A stretch of DNA of 64,000 bases. It comes from Euryarchaeota archaeon UBA171. GTDB lineage: Archaea; Thermoplasmatota; Poseidoniia; Poseidoniales; Thalassarchaeaceae. Under the pieces are notes generated by a model. That model was not told the origin of the DNA. It saw only the letters and a program-made list of their open reading frames with translations, and searched no databases. The translations under genes were made by a program, and so were the position numbers. Below are positions 49,541 through 57,971 of this stretch, one piece after another. Each line of letters opens with the position of its first letter. The first letter of the stretch is position 1. The stretch covers positions 11,909 through 75,908 of the forward strand of contig DANO01000018.1 of the NCBI GenBank assembly GCA_002497295.1. The letters run 5' to 3'.

Positions 49541-50721
49541 CAGGAATCACCGATTCCCTCGTTAGAGAATGGATCAGACCTGGTCATCGCAGAGGTGTAA
49601 TCTTTCCAATCCATGGAAAATCTGTCTCTGTCCGGGTCCCATTCATCCCATGTGACGATTGACTCCAACGCTGAGGAGTATTTCTCGGGAACTATACCCG
49701 GCACAATGAATGCCTTCTGGCGATGAAGTGGGTACGGATTCCTGAGATTGACCCCCAATACGCCCAATACGGCCCTCGCCACATACCAAGTCGCTTGGCT
49801 GTTCCATCCATGTGCAATTTTGATTACTATTCCAAGTCCCTTTGGCCAGTCGTCATGAATCACAGATAATCCGAGTAGCCCATCTGCTCCTTCTTTTGCT
49901 ACAATACGCCCGTCACCAGCCTTCAGGCAAGTCGAGTCCAATCTGTTGAAACCACCGACTAGATCCGGATTACGATTCATCGCCTCCCATATCCAGTCAT
50001 CATTGCGTCTAGCAACTAGATTTGCGAACATCAAGGCCAATTCGTTTACTGTATTGGAAACTGTGGGAAACCCGCATCCATCTTTCGCCACTCTGAGGGG
50101 CTCCCAATTTGGCTTATTCATATATTCTCGAAGAACATCCAAATACAACGGAAACCAATCTGAACTAGGTAAAGTGTAACCAGCTCTACTCATGCCCATG
50201 AGCCTCATTCCTTTGAGGATAGCAGCGTGCTCTCCTGAGCACGTGTGGAACCATCTTCTTGGCCTCCTTACCTGGCGTCCGAATTGTATCAATGGTACGT
50301 CCAAGGGGCATTGCATCAATCCCCACTCAGATTCAGTAAGCAAAGACTGAGCGGCTGCAACGTGTTCAGTATCTCCATTATGCGAGGAGCAAGAGATGGC
50401 CTTCTGCTTCCAATCCAAGTCTTTCAGGACCTCAACAAAAGGCTTCATCATCAGGGGCTTCATCATAGAGCGGCCATAGACCAAGACATTTCCTCCAAAA
50501 GAGTGGATTATTTCATCCCCATGCGCCCATGCTACCGCGCCATGAATTGTATTCTCTGAAACATCCATCCGCCTAAAATCAACGAGAGGCTCCCATTCCA
50601 CATCTCGTCCAGTGGGTATGTTCTCGAATTTTTCTCCAAGAGGAGTCGTCGGATACACCGCCGAACCAGGCCTTCCAGCCGACACGGAGGAAGGTCGGTC
50701 ATTCGGATTAATTTCCTTCAC
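49540..50721 (-). CDS. Asparaginase II (Rhizobium AnsA-type) family hydrolase homolog
   Basis: RSMMKP, SSHNG...H, CSG.H, DGCG.P, AKEGADG motifs. Confidence 0.8.
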   Translation of the reverse strand: MKEINPNDRPSSVSAGRPGSAVYPTTPLGEKFENIPTGRDVEWEPLVDFRRMDVSENTIHGAVAWAHGDEIIHSFGGNVLVYGRSMMKPLMMKPFVEVLKDLDWKQKAISCSSHNGDTEHVAAAQSLLTESEWGLMQCPLDVPLIQFGRQVRRPRRWFHTCSGEHAAILKGMRLMGMSRAGYTLPSSDWFPLYLDVLREYMNKPNWEPLRVAKDGCGFPTVSNTVNELALMFANLVARRNDDWIWEAMNRNPDLVGGFNRLDSTCLKAGDGRIVAKEGADGLLGLSVIHDDWPKGLGIVIKIAHGWNSQATWYVARAVLGVLGVNLRNPYPLHRQKAFIVPGIVPEKYSSALESIVTWDEWDPDRDRFSMDWKDYTSAMTRSDPFSNEGIGDS

Positions 50722-51977
50722 CTTTCAACACCCCTATTCACGAGGGGGACGACCTTTGTCATGAATGCCTCCATGTTACGCTTCACACGTTCGTTGTCGT
50801 GATTGAAAAAGTCGAACCAGCACATTATCCGATCATCAGGATGAAATCTTTCGATCAGTTGCTGGGCTACTTCGTCCACATTCCCGATGACTGCATTGTC
50901 AACCGCCTTTTCCACTTTACCCGGATCGATGGTCCCCTCCAAGGCATTCCAATAAGTCGAAATCGACGACTTAGATTCCTCTAAAGCATGCTCGGACCGC
51001 TCCACATTCGAGAGCCCATCTTCATCATTGAGAAAAACCATCACGGTTCGAGGCATCATTGAACGACTCCAAACTCCTCCGTCTCTATGGTAGCACTTTC
51101 GCATACGCTCATGCGTAGCTTCAATGATATCTGGCGGGGTTATGCTCAGGTTGAATACTTGTACTGGACGCCATTTATTGACTTCAACTTGAAGATGCTT
51201 ATCATGGCTGCCAAGAACGAGATTCAAGAGATCTCTTCGCCATTCCTTAGGTATCGTGGCGATGGACTCAAACTCGTAGCGGCGGGGAATGACGACTTCA
51301 TCTGGAGAAGTCGAGAGCCCCCATTCTAAGACTGCTGACTCTTGGACACCCGCCCAATCTTCATCACTTCTGAAATTGTCGCGTGTGAGCCTGGTTTCTC
51401 TTATCATGGACGAATCAATCACTTCACCTGACAGGAGTCTAAGGAAAATTTCGCTTGCCTCGGCAAATACCTGGCCACGTAATGCCGGCCATGCAGCCTC
51501 TTCAACAGGGTCCCTCGGAACGATCCCATACGGTCGTGCCATGAATTCAAAACGACCTGCAGAGAATCCGATATGAAGACGACGTGTCTCATCTGGATTC
51601 ACGCCGTGGATTGCGAGGAATGCGCCAACTCGTTCAGCTTGAGCGATTGGCCCCCCCGATGCGAGTATCGACATCACCGCGCTCCCTACCTCCATACGTT
51701 TTGTCCGAGCCATGACAGCTGCAGCGATTTGGAAGAAGTCGGTGCACAAGCCAACTTCACCGGGATAGTGGGGGACCACTGGGTTCGCATTGCTTTTCTG
51801 AACTTCCGTAGAGAGATGGGCTTGAGCAACCCATCCAACGTCAAATCCAAGATCGTCCGCCTTCTCAGCCTGGTCTAAGAAATTGGAGAACATCTCCCTC
51901 TCACTGGGCTTGTAGCCGGTTGAATCCGGCGTCTGCGAGACCGAGAAGAAAATATCGAATTCCATACCATTACCCAT
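50718..51977 (-). CDS. LLM-class (luciferase-like) flavin-dependent oxidoreductase
   Basis: F.IFF, AE.AD.LGF...W.A..H, TKR.EVGSAV, P...AE, GFSAGR, A.IG...EVA. Confidence 0.8.
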   Translation of the reverse strand: MGNGMEFDIFFSVSQTPDSTGYKPSEREMFSNFLDQAEKADDLGFDVGWVAQAHLSTEVQKSNANPVVPHYPGEVGLCTDFFQIAAAVMARTKRMEVGSAVMSILASGGPIAQAERVGAFLAIHGVNPDETRRLHIGFSAGRFEFMARPYGIVPRDPVEEAAWPALRGQVFAEASEIFLRLLSGEVIDSSMIRETRLTRDNFRSDEDWAGVQESAVLEWGLSTSPDEVVIPRRYEFESIATIPKEWRRDLLNLVLGSHDKHLQVEVNKWRPVQVFNLSITPPDIIEATHERMRKCYHRDGGVWSRSMMPRTVMVFLNDEDGLSNVERSEHALEESKSSISTYWNALEGTIDPGKVEKAVDNAVIGNVDEVAQQLIERFHPDDRIMCWFDFFNHDNERVKRNMEAFMTKVVPLVNRGVER

Positions 51978-52786
51978 CAGATAGAGCGCATTCGCCCGCC
52001 ATCTACAGCCAGACTAACTCCGCGTATAGCCCCGCTTGAAGGAAGACACATCCAAACCACTGCTGAAGCAGTTTCCAGCGGATCAACAAGTCTGCCAATG
52101 GGTGCTTGATTTCGCCAATCATCGTATATTTCTTCCACGCTCATGCCCGTTCGCTCACTCTTAGACTTGGACAAGGATACAAGACGATCAGTGTCTGTAT
52201 ACCCCGGAAGTATGTTGTTTATCGTTATGCAAGGAGCCAATTCTTTGGAAAGAGACTTGCTCCATGAGGCCATCGCCCCCCTCAAAGTATTCGATAGGCC
52301 GATTCCTTCCACAGGTTCACGGACTGACGTAGAAATAATATTGACAATCCTTCCACTACCAAATTCTTCCATTCCCGGTGCGAGACTCCTGACCAATATG
52401 TGCGATGCATGTAGATGGCGTTTGAAGGGTCCATCGAAGTCTTCCAGATCATTTTGAAGAAGTGGGCTGCGGGGTGGTCCGCCTGCGTTATTGATCAAAA
52501 TCGTAATTTCCTGATTGACTAATGATTCCGCAATCATACGAACAGCATCCGTATCCTCAAGATCCAGGACTAAGGCTTCATGCCCAGAACCATGCATCTC
52601 CGAAACCAGATCATCGAGCATCTCTTTGTTGCGGGCACAGGCAACCACTCTAGCCCCTGCCCTGGCAAGGAGTAACGCGGTGGACCGACCGATTCCACGC
52701 GAGGCGCCACAGACCAACGCAGTCTTTCCATTAAGCACGTTCTCTGAGAAAGGAAAATCTTCACCTAATATATCATCCATCGACAT
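51977..52786 (-). CDS. SDR family oxidoreductase
   Basis: CGASRGIG, NNAGGPP, IISTSV.EP, SNT.R variant of YxxxK, LPGYT.T.R, VDGG. Confidence 0.9.
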   Translation of the reverse strand: MSMDDILGEDFPFSENVLNGKTALVCGASRGIGRSTALLLARAGARVVACARNKEMLDDLVSEMHGSGHEALVLDLEDTDAVRMIAESLVNQEITILINNAGGPPRSPLLQNDLEDFDGPFKRHLHASHILVRSLAPGMEEFGSGRIVNIISTSVREPVEGIGLSNTLRGAMASWSKSLSKELAPCITINNILPGYTDTDRLVSLSKSKSERTGMSVEEIYDDWRNQAPIGRLVDPLETASAVVWMCLPSSGAIRGVSLAVDGGRMRSI

Positions 52787-52791
52787 TTCAC

Positions 52792-53574
52792 CTAATCCAC
52801 GTAATGCGCATATGTTTGCTCACTTAGCTTCTGATATACGACTTCTAGAATTTCTTCTGAGGCGTTTCGGAAGGTAGGGTGGCTACCCTCTCCCTGTGGC
52901 CGACGCATTTCACCCCATCGCCCTTCCACATATGCAATCAGGGCTTCTTTCATGAGAACTCCAGATAGAACAAGCGTTTCATAGCACAAATCTTCGTAAG
53001 TCATCCCTCTTTTTACAGGTACTTCTCTTCTCAAAAGTAAGTCGCCAGTGTCGACTCCATTGTCGCAGAAATGAGTTGAGGAACCTATTGGTATGTCGTG
53101 GTAAACAGACCAAGCAGGAGAAGCCGAACCTCTGCACTCCGGGAGTAATCCAGGATGTGAATTAAGAACGCCGTCTTTGGGGAAATCCAAGATATCTCCC
53201 CTGATTATCCTGGTCCCGCCGAAGACAATCAGATCGAGATCGAAATCCTCTATGTGAGGCATCACATTAGGGCTGTCGTGCTTTTCCACTTCGATATGCG
53301 GTACAACGAAACCATCCTCAGAAAGCCTGGCGATCTGACTCTCAATGGTAGGAGCGACTGGATTGCCCTCAATCCTCTTGAGAAATTTCTCGCGCTCTTC
53401 ATCGCCGATACCCGAGTCCTCTGATATTATTATCGAGGGGATGAAATTCTTTGACAGTAACTGACTCAACATCTCCCTACCATAGGGATGCTCCTTGAGC
53501 AGGAGAAAGGCGAATTCTGGCGTCGAACTAGGTGGCATGTTACGCTCTCCTGAGGAGTCATTGATACCCATCAT
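52792..53574 (-). CDS. Formyltransferase family protein (10-formyl-THF dependent)
   Basis: NSHPGLLP..RG..P.W, H....GVDTGD. Start may be ATG 53538. Confidence 0.85.
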   Translation of the reverse strand: MMGINDSSGERNMPPSSTPEFAFLLLKEHPYGREMLSQLLSKNFIPSIIISEDSGIGDEEREKFLKRIEGNPVAPTIESQIARLSEDGFVVPHIEVEKHDSPNVMPHIEDFDLDLIVFGGTRIIRGDILDFPKDGVLNSHPGLLPECRGSASPAWSVYHDIPIGSSTHFCDNGVDTGDLLLRREVPVKRGMTYEDLCYETLVLSGVLMKEALIAYVEGRWGEMRRPQGEGSHPTFRNASEEILEVVYQKLSEQTYAHYVD

Positions 53575-53821
53575 TTTCGGTCATATCAGGTTTCCACCAT
53601 TCAATTGCCTCGGGTTCGCCCGCCTCATCAATCGCTAGATGGCGCCCTCTTTCATGCAGAATGACCCCCACTATCACCGGCGAGAGCGGGAATAAAACCA
53701 CGTAGAGTAACATCGTGATGAAGAAGAACAAACCTGTGTCGAATATCTCACTCATTGCAATACCAAATGGTATGAATCCGATAAAGAGAATCGCCGGTAC
53801 CCCGAGCATCAGCCATCTCAT
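53558..53821 (-). CDS. Small two-TM hypothetical membrane protein
   Basis: 87-aa ORF with two hydrophobic segments at the head of the operon. Confidence 0.55.
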   Translation of the reverse strand: MRWLMLGVPAILFIGFIPFGIAMSEIFDTGLFFFITMLLYVVLFPLSPVIVGVILHERGRHLAIDEAGEPEAIEWWKPDMTENDGYQ

Positions 53822-53873
53822 AAACTAGCAATCGTAACAAACTACTAATGTAAATTTCCAGCATTAGACAATC

Positions 53874-55151
53874 GTGACCGATCAGAGAAGATATGACATC
53901 GATTGGCTCAGAGTCATTTTGTTTGGTCTTTTGATACCCTTCCATGTGGCCATAGGTGTGTATTGGTCCACATATGGAACTGAAATAAATCCGAATGTCG
54001 GAGAAATCGAAGAGCAAGATCGTTTAGAGTTCGCAGAAGCGAATAATGACTACAGTGCAGAGTCTGTTACCATGGAGAGCATGATACTCCATTGGATGCA
54101 CCAATGGAGGCTTGCAGCACTGTTCATGATTTCGGGGATGGGGACCGCTTTCGCATTTCGGAGGAGGGTCTGGAAGACCTTCCTAAAGGAGAGAGTCAAA
54201 CGTCTGCTCATCCCAATGTTCTTTGGAGCTTGGACTATGGGCTTCGCAGGACAACTAATCACCGGTGAAATCGATCTTAACTTGTCAGAAATGACCTCAG
54301 CTTTCCTCTTCGGCATAGTCTGGCGTTCGCTTTCCTTTTGGATCCCCGTCTTTGGAAAGTTAATTGCACTCGGTCATCTGTGGTTCCTGTGGAATCTTTT
54401 CCTCTACTCTCTGATCATGATCCCGGTTTTCAACTCAGTTCGAAATAACCCGGGAGGGCTACCTTCAAGGGCAATAAGGGCCATATTTTCCATAAAATTC
54501 AGTATTGGACCACTCTTGCTGATGCCTCTTATTTTGACGATATCAGAGATTGTATTCAAGCCCTTTTTCCCAGGTTTCATTGGAGTTGCATACGAGTGGT
54601 TTTGGTTCTTCATATTCTTCGCAATTGGATTCTCATGCATCGTTGCCAAGAAGGAATGGTACGAATTTCTCGAGACTCGAAGGACCCTCATAACTGTTCT
54701 AGCTTTACTCTGGACTCTTGCTTTCATATGGATTCGCCTTGAACAACATTCCACTGGAATCGCGTATGTCGATGGCGGCTGGTTGCTTGAGGAGCCACAC
54801 ATTCTCCACGATTCCACGACATTGGCTGCCTGCGTGATTCACAGTTTCCATGCATGGTTTTGGTGTCTTGCCGTGTTCGCTTGGGGCGCCCATCTGTTAA
54901 ATCGATCTAGTTTGCGATTGTCGTATCTTAATCAGGGGGTCTATCCGTTCTACATTGTGCACATGCCCCTCGTATTCGCAGGCCTCCGAATATCGTCTGA
55001 ACTGGGGCTCCGAGATATGTCCGCAGTCTTAGTAGCCACTGTATTCACGGTCTTCACTTGTTGGATATTCTTTGAGATTGTAAGAATCTCACGCTACTCA
55101 AGATTCCTCTTTGGCATCAAGGATAAGAAAACTCAATCCAGCGCACCATAA
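53874..55151 (+). CDS. Acyltransferase family 3 (OpgC/MdoC-like)
   Basis: RRYDIDWLRV....LIPFH, WRL..LF.ISG, ER..RL.IP, HLWFL, YPFYIVH. Confidence 0.88.
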   Translation: MTDQRRYDIDWLRVILFGLLIPFHVAIGVYWSTYGTEINPNVGEIEEQDRLEFAEANNDYSAESVTMESMILHWMHQWRLAALFMISGMGTAFAFRRRVWKTFLKERVKRLLIPMFFGAWTMGFAGQLITGEIDLNLSEMTSAFLFGIVWRSLSFWIPVFGKLIALGHLWFLWNLFLYSLIMIPVFNSVRNNPGGLPSRAIRAIFSIKFSIGPLLLMPLILTISEIVFKPFFPGFIGVAYEWFWFFIFFAIGFSCIVAKKEWYEFLETRRTLITVLALLWTLAFIWIRLEQHSTGIAYVDGGWLLEEPHILHDSTTLAACVIHSFHAWFWCLAVFAWGAHLLNRSSLRLSYLNQGVYPFYIVHMPLVFAGLRISSELGLRDMSAVLVATVFTVFTCWIFFEIVRISRYSRFLFGIKDKKTQSSAP

Positions 55152-55208
55152 TCGAGACCCACATTAGTGGTGGCAAGGCTTGATATCTCATATTAATGTC
55201 AGAATGAT

Positions 55209-55571
55209 ATGGATCCTTCAATCAATGTCCTTGGAACCACGTTGAAGACCTGTAACGCAGATCCGCTTACTGGGTGGTTCAGAGATGGTTGTTGCAATAC
55301 CGATTCAGGAGACAGAGGGATCCACACGGTGTGTGTTGTGGTCGATGAGGCGTTCCTGACGTTCAGTGCAAGCGCAGGGAACGATTTGACGACTCCGAGA
55401 CCAGATATGCAATTCCCTGGCCTAAAACCAGGGGATAGATGGTGCCTTTGTGCAAAAAGGTGGAAACAGGCACTCAGTGAGGGCTGCGCCCCTCCTGTGG
55501 ATTTGGAGGCTACACACCGCAAGACCCTCGATATAGTCGATCTATCCGTTTTGGAGATGCATGCTCTTTGA
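55209..55571 (+). CDS. DUF2237 family protein
   Basis: NVLG..L..C..DPLTGWFRDGCC, H.VC, GNDL.TP, FPGLKPGDRWCLCA.RW, ATH. Confidence 0.9.
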   Translation: MDPSINVLGTTLKTCNADPLTGWFRDGCCNTDSGDRGIHTVCVVVDEAFLTFSASAGNDLTTPRPDMQFPGLKPGDRWCLCAKRWKQALSEGCAPPVDLEATHRKTLDIVDLSVLEMHAL

Positions 55572-56981
55572 TCAGGGCGTCACTCTAGATCTGTCTCTCG
55601 GGAAAAGAACCACTTCTCTAACATTGCCGGCACCAGTCAGGACCATCAGTAGTCGAGCCACGCCAAGACCCCACCCAGCATGTGGCGGCGCGCCATATCG
55701 GAAACCGTCTGTGTAGAATGAGAAGTCATCGGGATCAAGATCCATATCTCTAAGATTCTGCTCAAGAATTTCCACACGATGCTCTCGCTGCCCGCCGCTA
55801 GTCATCTCATCCCGGCCGTAGTTCAGATCAAAACCACGACTTAGTTGACTGCCCGTGGATCCCATTTCCCCTTCTTTGTGGTGGATATAAAACGGTTTCA
55901 TCGACATAGGCCATCGGGGGATAAAGTGGAAACCAGGGTACTTGGAAGCAATAAGGTCGCAATGATGGCTCTCTATATCGTCGCCCCATTCGATATCTCC
56001 TCCTCCGTCTTTTACGATTTCTATGGCATCGTCGTAAGGTATTCTGGGGAATGGCAGTTCAGGGATCTCTACGATAACTGGCTCCATCCCCTGGGTGCCT
56101 CTGTAGGTATTGATGATGTCCACAAGATCTTGATCATCAGCTGCGACCCTACTCCATATTGAATGAATCATGCGTTCTAGTACGCCCATGACATCTTCAT
56201 CATCACACCATGCTGCCTCTATGTCAAAGGAGACGAACTCATTTAGATGACGATATGTATCATGTTTTTCAGCACGGAAAGCCGGCCCTATCTCAAAGAC
56301 ACGCTCAAGCCCTCCCAGAACTGCTAGTTGCTTGTACAGCTGGGGAGACTGGGAAAGGTATGCAGGGGTATCGAAGTACATCATGGGAAATAGATTCGTC
56401 CCCCCCTCACTCGCGCTAGCGATTATTTTCGGGCTATTCATTTCACTGAAACCCTCTTTGATTAGATGCTCTCTTCCATATTGAAGTACCTTCGAGCGAA
56501 GCTGAAACATCGCATTTACATGTGCTCTTCTGACATCGAGGTGGCGATTGTCCAGTCTAACGTCTAGGCCTACGTTGACATCATCAATAACCCCCACTGG
56601 AAGAGGTGCATCCGCAACAGCCAAAATTTCTGCAGAGGATACGCTTACCTCGTATTCCGGCGGAGGTGGTGAACTTCCTTCAGGAGTCTTCGGGGGTCTT
56701 TTTTTAGCCACAACTCCCGTAACTGATATTGTGGATTCTCGGCTTGAAGATTGAATTGATTCAAACACCGACTCGTCCATGGCATCCCTCTTCAGGAAAG
56801 CTTGGATTCTCCCGGTTCCATCTCGCAGCATTACGAAGCAGACACCTCCGCGACCTCGTACAGTTTCGGCATAACCTGCGAGTGTAACTTGTGAACCAAC
56901 CATGTCCCCGCCATTCGTTACAACCTGTCCGATAGTGTGGGAACGATATGCTGTGGGCAACCACTCGCTGCTGTCTCTCAT
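55572..56981 (-). CDS. aspS: Aspartate--tRNA ligase (archaeal type)
   Basis: OB fold (F..LRD.TG.IQ), RLDNRHLD.R, SEGG, YLSQSPQLYKQ, FRAE, SGGQR, PPHAG.GLG..R, LFPRD..R..P. Confidence 0.95.
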   Translation of the reverse strand: MRDSSEWLPTAYRSHTIGQVVTNGGDMVGSQVTLAGYAETVRGRGGVCFVMLRDGTGRIQAFLKRDAMDESVFESIQSSSRESTISVTGVVAKKRPPKTPEGSSPPPPEYEVSVSSAEILAVADAPLPVGVIDDVNVGLDVRLDNRHLDVRRAHVNAMFQLRSKVLQYGREHLIKEGFSEMNSPKIIASASEGGTNLFPMMYFDTPAYLSQSPQLYKQLAVLGGLERVFEIGPAFRAEKHDTYRHLNEFVSFDIEAAWCDDEDVMGVLERMIHSIWSRVAADDQDLVDIINTYRGTQGMEPVIVEIPELPFPRIPYDDAIEIVKDGGGDIEWGDDIESHHCDLIASKYPGFHFIPRWPMSMKPFYIHHKEGEMGSTGSQLSRGFDLNYGRDEMTSGGQREHRVEILEQNLRDMDLDPDDFSFYTDGFRYGAPPHAGWGLGVARLLMVLTGAGNVREVVLFPRDRSRVTP

Positions 56982-57064
56982 ACCCCTGGCGTGTCGGGGC
57001 TGGGTTTTGAAAGATATCGGGCCATGATGCCAAATGGTTGTACAAGCGAGACTATTCAGATTAA

Positions 57065-57862
57065 TCATTCTTCAGTAACAAGCTGTTCAGCGGCGATAAG
57101 GAGAAACGCCGTATGGCCTATTGGCTGGTTGCCGGGACGAACTCCCCCGCGACTCGCCTTAGACCAGCGACGCTCGATCACTTCCCCTGCCCATTCAATG
57201 TACAGACCCGCTGATTCGCAAGCCTCCCATGATTTCTCCAATTGTATGCTGGTCGGACAGTAGCACCCTAGCCGCCCACCCGGCCGAAGTAATTTCGAAA
57301 TGTCACTTACCACAGTCCACGGTTCTGCAAGATCCAATATGACAGCATCAAGATGATCTGTTAGAGCTGAAACTTCTTCCTTACAGGATGTGAGATCAGA
57401 CTCAAGAAGATGCCATTCGGGGAACTCTGGCAGAATATCTTTCAGTGTTTCCATGTTTTCACGCCCAACTGTGGCATGCTCTGGCCTATTTTCGACAGAT
57501 ATTAATTTCCCAGAACCCCCAATTACCGATGCTAAATGCATTGCGAGCCCAGCAGATCCGTGACCTCCTTCGAGAACTGTTGAACCCACGCTGATGCCCA
57601 TTCTAGATATCAGATAACCTGCATCCTTTGCAAGTATGACTTGCGCCCTGCGCTTCATGGCCCTCCTGGCTTCGGGAAGGCCCGGGTTGACAACTCTGAG
57701 AGTCTTCTGACCGATCACGAGAGAGTCGCCGGGTACAACGTCTCCAAGTGTATCGTCCACATTGAATCGCCCTAGCCCCCTTACGCGAACTTCCCCCGAT
57801 CCCCTTTGAAGCAAATAGGCCCTGCCATCGGATTCCACTAGGGCTAGCCACTCGCCGCTCAT
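57065..57862 (-). CDS. trmI: tRNA (adenine-N1)-methyltransferase TrmI/GCD14
   Basis: MKR.AQVI..KD, VLEGG.GS, DAVILDL.EPW, LRPGG...Y.P...Q, RP.....GHTAFL. Confidence 0.88.
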   Translation of the reverse strand: MSGEWLALVESDGRAYLLQRGSGEVRVRGLGRFNVDDTLGDVVPGDSLVIGQKTLRVVNPGLPEARRAMKRRAQVILAKDAGYLISRMGISVGSTVLEGGHGSAGLAMHLASVIGGSGKLISVENRPEHATVGRENMETLKDILPEFPEWHLLESDLTSCKEEVSALTDHLDAVILDLAEPWTVVSDISKLLRPGGRLGCYCPTSIQLEKSWEACESAGLYIEWAGEVIERRWSKASRGGVRPGNQPIGHTAFLLIAAEQLVTEE

Positions 57863-57971
57863 TGTCTGCCGGGCACTGTTATGTGTTCAAGCACTTCCGG
57901 TCTCAAGTCAGAACACTGGAATACACCTAGGCAGGTTTCATTGATAACTCAGCACGTATCCCGGGGTTGGA

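Noticed and set aside
50718..51977. LLM gene as evidence of bioluminescence
   Set aside because: A single divergent LLM without a luxAB pair or luxCDE; most LLM-class enzymes are not luciferases.
56982..57068. N-terminal extension of AspRS in the ORF track
   Set aside because: ATG 56981 has a TATA-like element at -30, so the extension is probably promoter sequence.
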